From: an uncultured Spirochaetaceae bacterium
GTDB lineage: Bacteria > Spirochaetota > Spirochaetia > Sphaerochaetales > Sphaerochaetaceae
Assembly: GCA_947630635.1 (NCBI GenBank)
Contig: CANRIJ010000001.1
Span: 1 to 42,204, forward strand
Reading direction: 5' to 3'
Length of the DNA stretch: 42,204 nucleotides
Below the pieces are notes generated by a model that worked only from the letters and a program-made list of their open reading frames with translations, was not told where the DNA came from and did not search any database. The stretch's first letter is position 1. Each line of letters opens with the position of its first letter. Of this stretch, positions 24,788 through 34,810 are shown one piece after another. A program made the translations under genes and the position numbers.

Positions 24788-27660
24788 TAGTGCATCTCTC
24801 CCCATGAGGATCCAAACTGGAGTGAGGCCCTAAGCGGCACAGTAAGCTGAACAATATGCTCCATGCTCTCTCTCACTAGGCTCTCCATCTCATCTCTCTC
24901 ATCGCTCTCAACTTCAAAAATAAGCTCATCATGAACCTGAAGAAGAAGCCTCGACTTCAGTCTTCTTTTTTCCATCTCATGGAATATTCTGATCATCGAC
25001 ATCTTCATGATCTCAGCGGCAGTGCCCTGGATAACAGTATTGACAGCGACTCTCTCTCCAGCTGCCTTCTCGGTCTTATTCCTGCTGTTGATTCCTATAA
25101 TCTCTCGAACATGACCATACTCTGTTCTCACAAACTGATTCTTCTCTGCTTCCCTTACTGTCTTCTCAACAAATTCTCTTACGCCGCTGTAGCGCTCGAA
25201 GTATCTCTTTATAAAATCCGATGCTTCGGCTCTTGTAATAGATAGCTCATTGGAGAGCCTAAATGCAGACATCCCATACATAATTCCGAAGTTGATTGTC
25301 TTAGCAATTCTTCGCTCTTTCTGTGTTACATCCTTCACATCCTTATTAAATATTCTGCTTGCAGTATATCTATGGACATCCTCTCCAATAGAAAAGGCCT
25401 CAGTAAGCCCTTTATCTGAGCTCATATATGCCAAAACAACGAGCTCTATCTGAGAGTAATCAGCAGATAAAAACACTGTTCCCTCTTTAGGAACAAATGC
25501 ATCGCGTATCAGTCTTCCCACATCTGTTCTTATTGGAATATTCTGCAAATTCGGATTTCTGGATGACAGACGACCTGTTGCTGTTCCAGTCTGGAGGAAG
25601 GTAGTATGCACCCTGCCTCTCTCATCTCTTAAAGTCGGAAGCACATCAATATATGTGGATTTGAGCTTAGAGAGAGTGCGGTAATCAAGTATCAGGGATA
25701 TTATCGGATCTCCGGTCGATTTAAGAGCCTCAAGGGTTGCGATGTCAGTTGAATAGCCCTTTTGAGTCTTCTTTCCAACTGGGAGTTTTCGCTCTTCAAA
25801 GAGAACGGAGCCAAGCTGCGATGGGGAATTGATGTTGAACTCATGGCCAACCAAGGCAAAGATACTCTTCTTAAGCTCATCAATCTCCTGGGAAATCTTT
25901 ACCCCCAGAGTATCCATTCTCTCCTCGCTGAGGTATATTCCCTCCCTCTCCATCTTTGCAAGTATTGCTATTAGTGGGAGCTCAATGGAGCTGTATGTCT
26001 GGTAAAGTTCCTTCTCATAGAGTCTTCTCTCCAGGATTCTATAGAGTCTGAATGTGATATCTGCCCTCTCGGCACTGTAGCTTAAAAGAATATCCTCGCT
26101 CACCTCAGAGAGACTCTTCTTATTCGAGAGGACATCCTTAATACTCAGCATGTTAACAGAGAGGTATTTCAGACCATCCACTTCAATTGAATATGCATTC
26201 TGATTGCTATCAATCATCCAAGAGGCAATCATAGTATCGAAAGAGACAGCGCTGTAATTTGAGCCAAGACTCCAAATAGCCTTCAGATCATACTTCGCGC
26301 CATGAAAGACACCCTTTATCTTTCCGCTCTCCAGGTAATTCTCAAAGAGCTCTTTTATATCGTTCTTTGATATACCTGAGGCCTCATCAAATCTTACAAA
26401 ATAGGCGCTCTTTGGCTCAGAAGAGAATGAGAAGCCTATTACATCACTCCCATCCTCATATCCATCGGTGAGTATATCAAGTGCAATGATGCCACTGCCA
26501 AACTCCGCTATATCATAAAATTTCTTCTTAAGGCTCTCATAAGAGTCGATTTTTGAGTATTCTCCATTTCCCAGAAAGGACTCTCTCTCCCTTTCAGTAA
26601 GGACAGATGGGCTCTCAGCCTGACTTATATCATCTTCATCATCCTCTTCTCTCCCGCTTAGTCCATAGGCCCTCTTGGAAAGCATTCTGAAGCCCCTATC
26701 CTCAAAGTCCTTTCCCGCTGCATTCTTCTCGATTCTACTGCTCTCAAGCTCTGCAAAACAAAAACCCTCATCGAGAGCATCAAAAGAGAGCTCTATAAGC
26801 TTTTTCGAGAGCTGGCTGCTCTCTTTGCCATCCTCAAGCTTCTTTTTCAGTCCAGGTGCAAGGCTATCAAGATGCCTATATATGCCTTCAAGGGTAAGAT
26901 ATTGCTCCAAGAGCTTAGAGGCACCCTTCTCGCCTATGCCCTTAACCCCTGGAACATTGTCAGAGGAGTCGCCGACCAATGAGAGATAATCTACTATTTG
27001 CTCTGGATTCACTCCATATTCTTTCTTTACATCGTCCTTCTTAAGAATATGGTATTTGCTGTCTCCCTTCTTCGGAGGTCTCAAAACATAGACATGGTCC
27101 CTGACAAGCTGACAAAGATCCTTATCCCCTGTAACCATAACAGCCTCTATTCCCTCAGAGAGAGCACGCTTGACTAGACTTGCAATAACATCATCTGCCT
27201 CAAAGCCTGGTTTCGACATAACAGAGATATGCATCTTCTCAAGTGTCTTTATAATCTCAGGAACATCGCGATGAAGATCATCTGGGGCCTTATCCCTATT
27301 TGCCTTGTATTCTTTATACATCTCATGGCGAAAGGTTAGCTCTTTTCTATCCATGGTCACGGCTATATAGTCCATCTTGTAATTGGAAATCAGAGAGAAA
27401 AGAGTCTGAAAGAATCCATAGTAAGCGCTTACATTGTTATCCTCTTTATCCAATATAGGCTTTGATATATGAGCAAAATAAGATCTGTAGATTATAGAGT
27501 ATCCATCTATAATGAAGAGTCTCTTCTTCCAGTCAAATTGCGGCTCTTCAGCTTGAATCTCCCTCTTTATCTGAGTCTTTGCCTTCTCAAGTGCCTCTCT
27601 CTCACGCTCTTTTCTAAGTGCTTCCTGATCAAGCTCATCTTGCTGAAAAAGCTCATCCAT
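24787..27660 (-). CDS. polA: DNA polymerase I
   Basis: 5' nuclease motifs LFIIDGYSIIYRSYFA and SDNVPGVKGIGEKGA. Polymerase motifs A (LSADYSQIELVVLA), B (RRIAKTINFGIMYGMS) and C (LQVHDELIFE). Start set to ATG 27660 (GGAGG 7 nt upstream, 1 nt after the upstream stop). The track start at 27744 lies inside the MBL gene. Confidence 0.95.
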   Translation of the reverse strand: MDELFQQDELDQEALRKEREREALEKAKTQIKREIQAEEPQFDWKKRLFIIDGYSIIYRSYFAHISKPILDKEDNNVSAYYGFFQTLFSLISNYKMDYIAVTMDRKELTFRHEMYKEYKANRDKAPDDLHRDVPEIIKTLEKMHISVMSKPGFEADDVIASLVKRALSEGIEAVMVTGDKDLCQLVRDHVYVLRPPKKGDSKYHILKKDDVKKEYGVNPEQIVDYLSLVGDSSDNVPGVKGIGEKGASKLLEQYLTLEGIYRHLDSLAPGLKKKLEDGKESSQLSKKLIELSFDALDEGFCFAELESSRIEKNAAGKDFEDRGFRMLSKRAYGLSGREEDDEDDISQAESPSVLTERERESFLGNGEYSKIDSYESLKKKFYDIAEFGSGIIALDILTDGYEDGSDVIGFSFSSEPKSAYFVRFDEASGISKNDIKELFENYLESGKIKGVFHGAKYDLKAIWSLGSNYSAVSFDTMIASWMIDSNQNAYSIEVDGLKYLSVNMLSIKDVLSNKKSLSEVSEDILLSYSAERADITFRLYRILERRLYEKELYQTYSSIELPLIAILAKMEREGIYLSEERMDTLGVKISQEIDELKKSIFALVGHEFNINSPSQLGSVLFEERKLPVGKKTQKGYSTDIATLEALKSTGDPIISLILDYRTLSKLKSTYIDVLPTLRDERGRVHTTFLQTGTATGRLSSRNPNLQNIPIRTDVGRLIRDAFVPKEGTVFLSADYSQIELVVLAYMSSDKGLTEAFSIGEDVHRYTASRIFNKDVKDVTQKERRIAKTINFGIMYGMSAFRLSNELSITRAEASDFIKRYFERYSGVREFVEKTVREAEKNQFVRTEYGHVREIIGINSRNKTEKAAGERVAVNTVIQGTAAEIMKMSMIRIFHEMEKRRLKSRLLLQVHDELIFEVESDERDEMESLVRESMEHIVQLTVPLRASLQFGSSWGEMH

Positions 27661-27661
27661 A

Positions 27662-28420
27662 TCAAACCTCCAGAGAAAGTGTATCATAAGCGCTCTCAGC
27701 TCTGCCCTGATATAAAAATGAAATATCCCTATAGCTGAGATCATGATTTATATGTGTGAATATTATCCTTTTGGCTCTCAGAGAAGAGGCAATACTATAG
27801 GCCTCATCAAAGCTTAAATGAGTTGGATGGGGCTTTCTCCTCAATGCTCCAATAATCAATATATCAAGATTCTCAAGAAGATCCCTATTCTCATCTAAAA
27901 GCATATCTGACACATCTGGGACGTATCCTACTCCATCAAAGACGTATCCAAAGGCCTCTCTCTGACCATGAATAACCCTAAATGGCGTAAATTCGATATC
28001 CCCTATGCTGAATGGCACATGGCTCTTTACTTCAACCCTATTTAGGTTGGGAAGCCCCCCATAGAAATCAGGAGAGAAGGCATATGGAAATTTTGCCTCT
28101 ATCTCATCAAGCGCCTCTTTGGATGAATAGGCGTTCAGTCTTGTCTCATGGGTAAATACCCTAAGGTCATCAAGCCCCATAATATGGTCAGAATGTGCAT
28201 GGGTATAGATAACGCCATCTAGTGAGGATTTGCCTGAGCGAAGCATAGAGAGCCTGAACTCATATCCGGTGTCAATGACCACAGATGTTTTTTCGCTCTC
28301 AATAAACAGAGAGCTTCTATATCTCTTGTCTTTTTGATCATCTGATTTGCATACAGGGCAGTCACAGCCTATAACTGGAACTCCATGACTTGTCCCAGTT
28401 CCGAGAAATGTAAGAATCAA
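27662..28420 (-). CDS. MBL-fold metallo-hydrolase, PhnP-like phosphodiesterase family
   Basis: 252 aa. N-terminal GTGTSHGVPVIGCDCPVC Cys cluster and HAHSDH motif. Confidence 0.8.
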   Translation of the reverse strand: MILTFLGTGTSHGVPVIGCDCPVCKSDDQKDKRYRSSLFIESEKTSVVIDTGYEFRLSMLRSGKSSLDGVIYTHAHSDHIMGLDDLRVFTHETRLNAYSSKEALDEIEAKFPYAFSPDFYGGLPNLNRVEVKSHVPFSIGDIEFTPFRVIHGQREAFGYVFDGVGYVPDVSDMLLDENRDLLENLDILIIGALRRKPHPTHLSFDEAYSIASSLRAKRIIFTHINHDLSYRDISFLYQGRAESAYDTLSLEV

Positions 28421-28722
28421 TTTGCACTCTCTTTGAAGCTCAAGAGCACCCTCTGAACCTCGCCGACTCCCTTCCTTGTAGCATGCACCAAAGAGTCTAT
28501 AAGCTCTTTCCCTCCATCAGTATCTACATACTCAGAGAAGAATCTCTTGTCTTCTTCGCTTATTTGGTCATTTTCCATAATTGCGCTCTCCACAGCCTCC
28601 TCCTCCCCATGGGCGATTCCAAAGAATTTCATCGATACCGATGGATAGAAAAAATAGATGACCAAAAAGATCAGAAGCGCAATAAAAAGAACTAAGATTG
28701 TCTGCCTAATCGGTTTAAACAT
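28417..28722 (-). CDS. Small hypothetical membrane-anchored protein
   Basis: 101 aa with one N-terminal TM helix (ILVLFIALLIFLVIYFFY) and an acidic tail. It overlaps the MBL gene by 4 nt. Confidence 0.45.
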   Translation of the reverse strand: MFKPIRQTILVLFIALLIFLVIYFFYPSVSMKFFGIAHGEEEAVESAIMENDQISEEDKRFFSEYVDTDGGKELIDSLVHATRKGVGEVQRVLLSFKESAN

Positions 28723-28761
28723 CAGAAAAGATTATGAATCCAAAAACTCCAATTGTGTAGC

Positions 28762-30675
28762 CTAAAGATTCTCAGCCTCTTTGATCCACTGGTCCTTTAG
28801 AGCATCGGATGGCATCCTCCAATCAGAGCGTGGAGAGAGCGATACCGATACCACTTTGGGGCCATCGGGAAGAGCGCTGCGCTTGAATTGCTGTGTAAAG
28901 AACCTACGCAGAAAGACAATAAGCCACTTCTTAATCTCGCCTTTTTCATATTTGCCATCAAATGCAATCGATGCGATTCTGTATATCTTTTTGGGAGAGA
29001 ACCCATTCTTCACAAAATGGTACAAAAAGAAATCATGAAGCTCATATGGCCCAACTATATTCTCAGTCTCCTGTGATATAACACCGTCTTTTGCAGGAAG
29101 AAGCTCCGGAGAGACCGGGGTTTTGAGAATATCCTCTAAGGCCTCTCTCTCCATCTCGTTTTCACTCTCATCGATATAGTAGGATACGAGGTTTCTAACC
29201 ATGGATTTTGGAATTCCGGCATTTATGCCATAGCTAGACATATGGTCTCCATTGTAGGTTGCAAAGCCCAGGGCGAGCTCCGATAGGTCTCCCGTTCCCA
29301 CAACAAGCCCATTTACGCCATTTGCAATATCCATGAGTATTTGGGTTCTCTCTCTTGCTTGGGCATTCTCAAAGACAACATCGAAAACCTCCTCACTATG
29401 GCCAATATCTCTAAAGTGCGATCTTACAGTCTCTGTAATATCTATCTCCCTATAGTCCACACTGAGGCTCTCTGATAGCTTCTGAGCATTGCTCTTTGTT
29501 CTCTCAGTAGTTCCAAAAGAGGGCATTGATACGCATATCAAGTCACTATGGGGCCTCATAAGAAAATCAAGAGCCTTTACAGATGAGAGAAGCGCAAGGG
29601 TTGAGTCAAGGCCTCCAGAGACTCCAAGAACGAGTTTTTTAGATCCAGTTGCCTCAATTCTCCTCTTAAGTCCTATTGCCTGGATTCTTGTTGCCCTCTC
29701 ACATATTCTCTTGAGCGTCTCCTCATCCTGTGGAATAAACGCGCTTCTATCAAAAGCCCTCTCCAGCTTTGAGTCATCAGCCTTTCCAAGGGAAATTGGA
29801 AGAATATCATATAGGGAGTCTCTATGCTCATATGTGTTTCTTCGCGCTCTCTGAAGATTAAGCATCTGGAGATCAATATCAGCTGTTATATACTTGCCGC
29901 TTTCGAAAATGCTCTTTTTGAGAATCGTGCCATTCTCGCCAATTATCAAATTAGAGGCAAATACCATATCAGTTGAGGACTCCCCATCGGAGGCATCTGC
30001 ATAGACATAGCCCACAATAAGCCTCTCAGAGATATCCCTGATCATCTGGTAGCGTCTATCCTCCTTTAAGACTATCTCATCTGATGCAGACAGGTTGAAA
30101 ATGACATTTGCCCCATTGAGGGCAGCTTCTACTGAATTGGAGGAAGGAACCCATAGGTCCTCACAGATCTCAACTGAAAAGATCGCGCCCCACTCTCTCT
30201 CGCTTTGAAGCAGTATCTTATGGCCCATGAGAATCTCTCCAAAGCGAGTTGAGATAATCTCATTCTCCCCGGGAGAGGGAGTAAACCATCTCGATTCGTA
30301 GTATTCAAGGTAATTGGGTATATTCTTCTTGGCTATGAAGGCTATGACGGCCCCATTGTTCACAACGGCAGATGTGTTATAGATCTTACCCTTGGACATA
30401 ATCGGAAGACCGACAAAAACAACCATTCCAGGAAGCTTAGAAGATGCATCTAAAATATTTTCTAAACCATCAAGTGCATTCTCTAAAAGAGCTGAGGAGA
30501 AAAATAGGTCTCCTAGCGTATAGCCAGTGATTGAGAGCTCGGGAAATACCATTGCCTTTACGCCCTCTTTGTATGCGCTATTCATCATCTTGATTATCTC
30601 TTGGCTGTTTTTCTCGGTATCTCCAAGAAAAACCCTGGGAGATGCGGAGGCCACTTTCAAAAAACCATCGAACAT
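28762..30675 (-). CDS. nadE: Glutamine-dependent NAD+ synthetase (nitrilase domain + synthetase domain)
   Basis: 637 aa. CN-hydrolase triad context FPELSITGY / KKNIPNY / EICEDLW, and PP-loop LGVSGGLDSTLAL. Confidence 0.92.
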   Translation of the reverse strand: MFDGFLKVASASPRVFLGDTEKNSQEIIKMMNSAYKEGVKAMVFPELSITGYTLGDLFFSSALLENALDGLENILDASSKLPGMVVFVGLPIMSKGKIYNTSAVVNNGAVIAFIAKKNIPNYLEYYESRWFTPSPGENEIISTRFGEILMGHKILLQSEREWGAIFSVEICEDLWVPSSNSVEAALNGANVIFNLSASDEIVLKEDRRYQMIRDISERLIVGYVYADASDGESSTDMVFASNLIIGENGTILKKSIFESGKYITADIDLQMLNLQRARRNTYEHRDSLYDILPISLGKADDSKLERAFDRSAFIPQDEETLKRICERATRIQAIGLKRRIEATGSKKLVLGVSGGLDSTLALLSSVKALDFLMRPHSDLICVSMPSFGTTERTKSNAQKLSESLSVDYREIDITETVRSHFRDIGHSEEVFDVVFENAQARERTQILMDIANGVNGLVVGTGDLSELALGFATYNGDHMSSYGINAGIPKSMVRNLVSYYIDESENEMEREALEDILKTPVSPELLPAKDGVISQETENIVGPYELHDFFLYHFVKNGFSPKKIYRIASIAFDGKYEKGEIKKWLIVFLRRFFTQQFKRSALPDGPKVVSVSLSPRSDWRMPSDALKDQWIKEAENL

Positions 30676-30745
30676 GAGTTAGTTATAACACTAAAAGATG
30701 GATATATCTATTTTGCTAACATGCTATAATCGCTTTGGAGAAGGT

Positions 30746-33103
30746 ATGCTCAAAATTAAGCTCAACGGCAAATGGGATTTAGAGTGCCTCGATGGAAAGA
30801 ATAGCACCGAAGTCAAGAGCGGGGATTTCTTCACTGAAGAGATTCCCATGGAAATACATGATGTTTTATTTAAGAACAAAGTAGCTAAAGACCCCTACTT
30901 TTCTGAAAATGACAAAAAGGCAGGATTCATAGAGACTCTCGATTGGGTCTTCAAAAAAGAATTCAAGATTGATAAAAGAGAGTCTAATGCGACCCTCTTC
31001 ATTCCATCTGTTGATTCCCCAGCAGAGGTAATACTCAATAATGAGCTTCTTGGCAGAATCAAAGGAGAATTTTGTGAGACCTCATTTGATGTATCAGATA
31101 GAATAAAAGACGGAAAAAATAACCTTGAGATAAAGATTCTGCACTCAGAGGATAATTTCAGAAGGGCAAAATTCGATAACGGCCCAGCCTTTACCAAAAT
31201 AGGTATATACAAAGAGCCCGAGATTGTTCTCTATGAAGACTACTTTGTGAAGACACTATCGGTATTCGCAATAGAGGATGAGAGTGACTGGAATCTAATC
31301 TCGGAGTTCGAAATAGATGCCATCTCAGAAGCAAGGTCCCCATTTTCACTGAACTTTCTCAAGGGCGAAATCAAAGACATAATAGAGATTCTTCCCGGCT
31401 CCAGAATCTACAGAGAGTCCCTAAAAATAAAAAAAGACGAGATTGAGGCTTGGTGGCCGAATGGCATGGGCAAGCAGCACAGGTACTATATCGAAATTCA
31501 AATAGGCGATGAGAAATTCGAACGCCTATTTGGCTTTAGGTCAATCTCACTCTCCACAAAGAGAAGCGAAGGCGGAAAGGAGATGGCATTTTCTGCAAAT
31601 GGAAAGAGATTATACGTTAAGGGCGCAATTCTGAACCCTGTCGACTACATTCCATCAAGAGCCTCAAGAAAGAGATATGAGCGCCTAGTAGAGCTGGCAA
31701 GAGATGCGTCTTTCAACGTGATCAGGATAAAGGGAAACGGCAGCTACCCCGATGATGAGCTCTACGATGAATGCGATAGGCTTGGAATACTCATCTGGCA
31801 AGATCTGATGTTCAGCAAGACTGACTTTCTAGATAGAGATGACATTGATATGGCAATAGAGGAGATCAAATACCAAGTAAGAAGGCTTAAGGACCATCCA
31901 TCGGTTGCTATGTGGTGCATCACGGATGAGACACTTAGAGAGATCAATAAAGAGAGTGCCGGAGAAAAGAGAGAGGGCCTTCTCATCAAGTACACCAAGT
32001 TCATTGAGAGAGCAAATAGCGCTATTTTAAAAATCGACCCATATAGGCCAATATGGCCCTCCTCTCCATCAGAGGGCGAGATGTCATACCTGATAAGAGA
32101 GCAAAATGGCGACTCCTCAATAGATTTAATTGACGATTATTCACCAAATTCAGTCTTCTCAAGGAGTCCCAGGCTTGTATCATCAATCTCATTTCCCTCT
32201 CTTCCATCCAAGATGGAAGCCTCGCTAATTGCAAGCGAGGACGAGCTTAATATAACAAGCCCATCATTTGAGAATCACTCTAAAGACGAGAGAGCACTGA
32301 GGTCTATAGTATCGGGTCTTACTGACTCCTTTAGATTTCCGCCATCCTTTGCAAAGATGAGCTATCTCTCTGGTACGCTCCAAGCTCTCCTATATGACAG
32401 AGCAATCTCATATTTCAGAACTCTGATGCCATACAATTCAGGCGTTATAGTCTCTTCGCTTAACTCTCCATGGCCATGTGTCTCCGATAGCATTGTTGAG
32501 TACTCTGGGATTCCAAAGCTTGCGTACTATGCCATTAAGAGAAGCTTCCAAGCAGTTGTGCCAATAATCATTATCGATGGCAAAAAACTATATGCCTATG
32601 TATCAAATGACTCTGACAAAGAGGAATATGCAAACCTGAAGGTGAAATTCCGCTTCTTCAATGGCTTTAAGTGGGAAACCTACTATTTCTCAGATAATGT
32701 CCGTCCAATGGAGACAAAAAAGCTTGGCGAGATATCTCTTAAGGGAATAGACCCCAAATCAACCTTCTGCTATGCAAAGCTTAAAGCAGGCTCTTCGATA
32801 AGAGAGAAGACCCAGCTTCTCGTTCATCCAAAGGAAGCAAGACTTGAAGACCCAAGACTCAATCTAGATATAAGCCGAATTACAGATAGGGACTTCAATA
32901 TAAAAATCTCATCAGAGAAGCCTGCGTTTTGGGTAACCCTCGACCAAAAGGAGATAAAGGGAACCTTCAGCGATAACTTCATAGCAGTCAGGCCCTCCAC
33001 AGAGAAGAACATCATCTTCCACAGCTTTGAAGAGATTGATGAGAAGAAGCTTAAAGAGGAATTGAGGCTCTTTGACCTCTACACATCATACAGAGACAAA
33101 TGA
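30746..33103 (+). CDS. Glycoside hydrolase family 2, beta-mannosidase-like (possibly non-catalytic)
   Basis: LIWQDLMF and HPSVAMWCITDE match the beta-mannosidase core. Start set to ATG 30746 (MLKIKLNGKW; GGAGAAGG upstream). The track start at 30698 has no SD. Confidence 0.72.
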   Translation: MLKIKLNGKWDLECLDGKNSTEVKSGDFFTEEIPMEIHDVLFKNKVAKDPYFSENDKKAGFIETLDWVFKKEFKIDKRESNATLFIPSVDSPAEVILNNELLGRIKGEFCETSFDVSDRIKDGKNNLEIKILHSEDNFRRAKFDNGPAFTKIGIYKEPEIVLYEDYFVKTLSVFAIEDESDWNLISEFEIDAISEARSPFSLNFLKGEIKDIIEILPGSRIYRESLKIKKDEIEAWWPNGMGKQHRYYIEIQIGDEKFERLFGFRSISLSTKRSEGGKEMAFSANGKRLYVKGAILNPVDYIPSRASRKRYERLVELARDASFNVIRIKGNGSYPDDELYDECDRLGILIWQDLMFSKTDFLDRDDIDMAIEEIKYQVRRLKDHPSVAMWCITDETLREINKESAGEKREGLLIKYTKFIERANSAILKIDPYRPIWPSSPSEGEMSYLIREQNGDSSIDLIDDYSPNSVFSRSPRLVSSISFPSLPSKMEASLIASEDELNITSPSFENHSKDERALRSIVSGLTDSFRFPPSFAKMSYLSGTLQALLYDRAISYFRTLMPYNSGVIVSSLNSPWPCVSDSIVEYSGIPKLAYYAIKRSFQAVVPIIIIDGKKLYAYVSNDSDKEEYANLKVKFRFFNGFKWETYYFSDNVRPMETKKLGEISLKGIDPKSTFCYAKLKAGSSIREKTQLLVHPKEARLEDPRLNLDISRITDRDFNIKISSEKPAFWVTLDQKEIKGTFSDNFIAVRPSTEKNIIFHSFEEIDEKKLKEELRLFDLYTSYRDK

Positions 33104-34086
33104 AGAAGAGAGCAAAGACCTTCCTTGATTACCTCTATATCGTAATAGGAAATGCACTTGCAGCATTCTCTATTAGCGTATTCTTCAATCCTGCGTCTCT
33201 AGCTCCCGGTGGAGTATCTGGCATATCGATTATCATAAATCACCTAACAGGCTGGAACCTTGGTCTGACTATGCTAGTCATAAATATTCCCATCTATATA
33301 GCTGGACTACTCGTGTTTGGAAAGGAATATGGCTTTAAGACGCTTATCAGCACAGTGCTCTTATCTCTCTTTACGAGTATGTGGTCATGGATCTTCCCAT
33401 ATGGAATACTAGACTACCATAGAGATATGTCATTCTGGCTCTCTGCTCTATTTGGAGGCTTGATATCAGGCGCTGGAACCGGAATAACAATGCGCTCGGG
33501 GTCCAACACAGGAGGAACCGATATACTTGCCCAGATATTCGCCCGCTTTACCCCACTTCAGACTGGAGTGACAATGATGATCATAAATGGGGCTATTATT
33601 TTTGGCTCCCTCTTTGTATTCGGAGTTGAATCGGCGCTCTACTCTGTATCTGTCTGCCTCCTTACATCCGTAATCATCGATAAAGTCATAATGCTTGTTG
33701 GAACTGGCTACGCAAAGACCGTCTTTATAATCTCCCCCGAGCTTGAGGCAATAGGATCATGGATTATAGAGACACTTCACCACTCAGGAACAATAATCGA
33801 GAGCGAAGGCCTCTACTCAAAGAGCCCAAGACCCATGCTAATGGCGATTATCCCAAATAAAGACCTTCCGCGTCTCACCAGAGAAATCAGGGAAATAGAC
33901 CCAAATGCCTTTGTAATTATCCAAAATACATCCCATGTGCTTGGTCAGGGCTATAGAAACATCAGCCTTGTCGCAGATAATCAAGATCCCACACAGGACA
34001 GTGAGAATAAGGGCGCCTCTAATGCGCTAAAGAAGGCAGAGGAAAAAATCAAAAAAATCGAAAGCAAAAAGCATAGAGAAAAATAG
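33100..34086 (+). CDS. YitT-family membrane protein (DUF2179 C-terminal domain)
   Basis: 328 aa. Repeated YitT membrane modules (GNALAAFSISVFFNPASLAPGGVSGISI) and a soluble C-terminal domain with a Lys-rich tail. It overlaps the GH2 gene by 4 nt. Confidence 0.8.
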   Translation: MKKRAKTFLDYLYIVIGNALAAFSISVFFNPASLAPGGVSGISIIINHLTGWNLGLTMLVINIPIYIAGLLVFGKEYGFKTLISTVLLSLFTSMWSWIFPYGILDYHRDMSFWLSALFGGLISGAGTGITMRSGSNTGGTDILAQIFARFTPLQTGVTMMIINGAIIFGSLFVFGVESALYSVSVCLLTSVIIDKVIMLVGTGYAKTVFIISPELEAIGSWIIETLHHSGTIIESEGLYSKSPRPMLMAIIPNKDLPRLTREIREIDPNAFVIIQNTSHVLGQGYRNISLVADNQDPTQDSENKGASNALKKAEEKIKKIESKKHREK

Positions 34087-34177
34087 GAGCACACAAAATA
34101 GATCACAGAGCGCGCTAAGCTCTAAAGAGAGCCTAACTTAAGAGTCAACTGTCAAACTCCTTAATAGAATAGTCTCT

Positions 34178-34810
34178 CTAGACTTCACGAAAGACCATTT
34201 TGCCTAATGCCTCTTTCATAATCTCAGAGGCACTCTCGTCATCCTCAACCCAGCTACCTATTAGGCTCTCTGGCAAAATCAAGGGCATTCTGTCGTGGAT
34301 AAATCCAACTGACTCAGAAGAGTCTTTGGTCAAAAGAGCAAATACTGGCCACTCGAAGTCCTCTTTTCTCTCATAGCCATAAAGCCCTGCGAGGTATGTA
34401 GTCCCCTCATTCTCAGGGTGAATAGCATACTTTCTCCCTGTCTTCATTTTGCCTGTCTCCAAGTCAGTATAATGGCTCCATTCAAAGTACCATGAGCATG
34501 GAATGACGCATCGTCTATATTTAAAGCTCTCTTTAAAGAGCCATTTTCCCTCTGCACTCTCAGACCTGATATTAAATATTCTCCTATTGCTGTCCAAAAG
34601 CCTAAAGCCCCACTGCATAGGAAAGACCGAAATGCCTCCACCCCTTCTTTTGGCAATTGATGAGACTATATTCGTAGGCCTTGCCTCTCCCTCCAAAACC
34701 AAGGGCTTTGATAGCATTTGAGTCATTTTCTGAGTAAGGGGTGACTTCACAGCCTGATCAATAAGTCTCTTTATCCCTGACCCCGGCTCAATGTAAAAAC
34801 AACAGCACAT
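34178..34810 (-). CDS. SOS-response-associated peptidase (SRAP; YedK/HMCES family abasic-site sensor)
   Basis: FNIRSESAEGKWLFKESFKYRRCVIPCSWYFEW and FIHDRMPLIL are family hallmarks. The family needs Cys2 as its N-terminal nucleophile, so the start should be ATG 34810 (MCCCFY...), not the track start at 34828. Confidence 0.8.
   Translation of the reverse strand: MCCCFYIEPGSGIKRLIDQAVKSPLTQKMTQMLSKPLVLEGEARPTNIVSSIAKRRGGGISVFPMQWGFRLLDSNRRIFNIRSESAEGKWLFKESFKYRRCVIPCSWYFEWSHYTDLETGKMKTGRKYAIHPENEGTTYLAGLYGYERKEDFEWPVFALLTKDSSESVGFIHDRMPLILPESLIGSWVEDDESASEIMKEALGKMVFREV

Noticed and set aside
27661-27744. 28-codon N-terminal extension of polA in the ORF track (and analogous extensions at 14231, 14886, 17975, 23603, 24805 and 34828)
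   Set aside because: The extensions run into the upstream gene, mostly start at TTG or lack an SD, and add residues foreign to the families. SD-supported ATGs exist at the expected family N-termini.
30698-30745. Upstream ATG of the GH2 ORF and an extended -10-like TGCTATAAT at 30722-30730
   Set aside because: ATG 30698 has no SD, whereas ATG 30746 has GGAGAAGG. The -10-like element would put the transcription start on top of that SD, so I do not call it a promoter.
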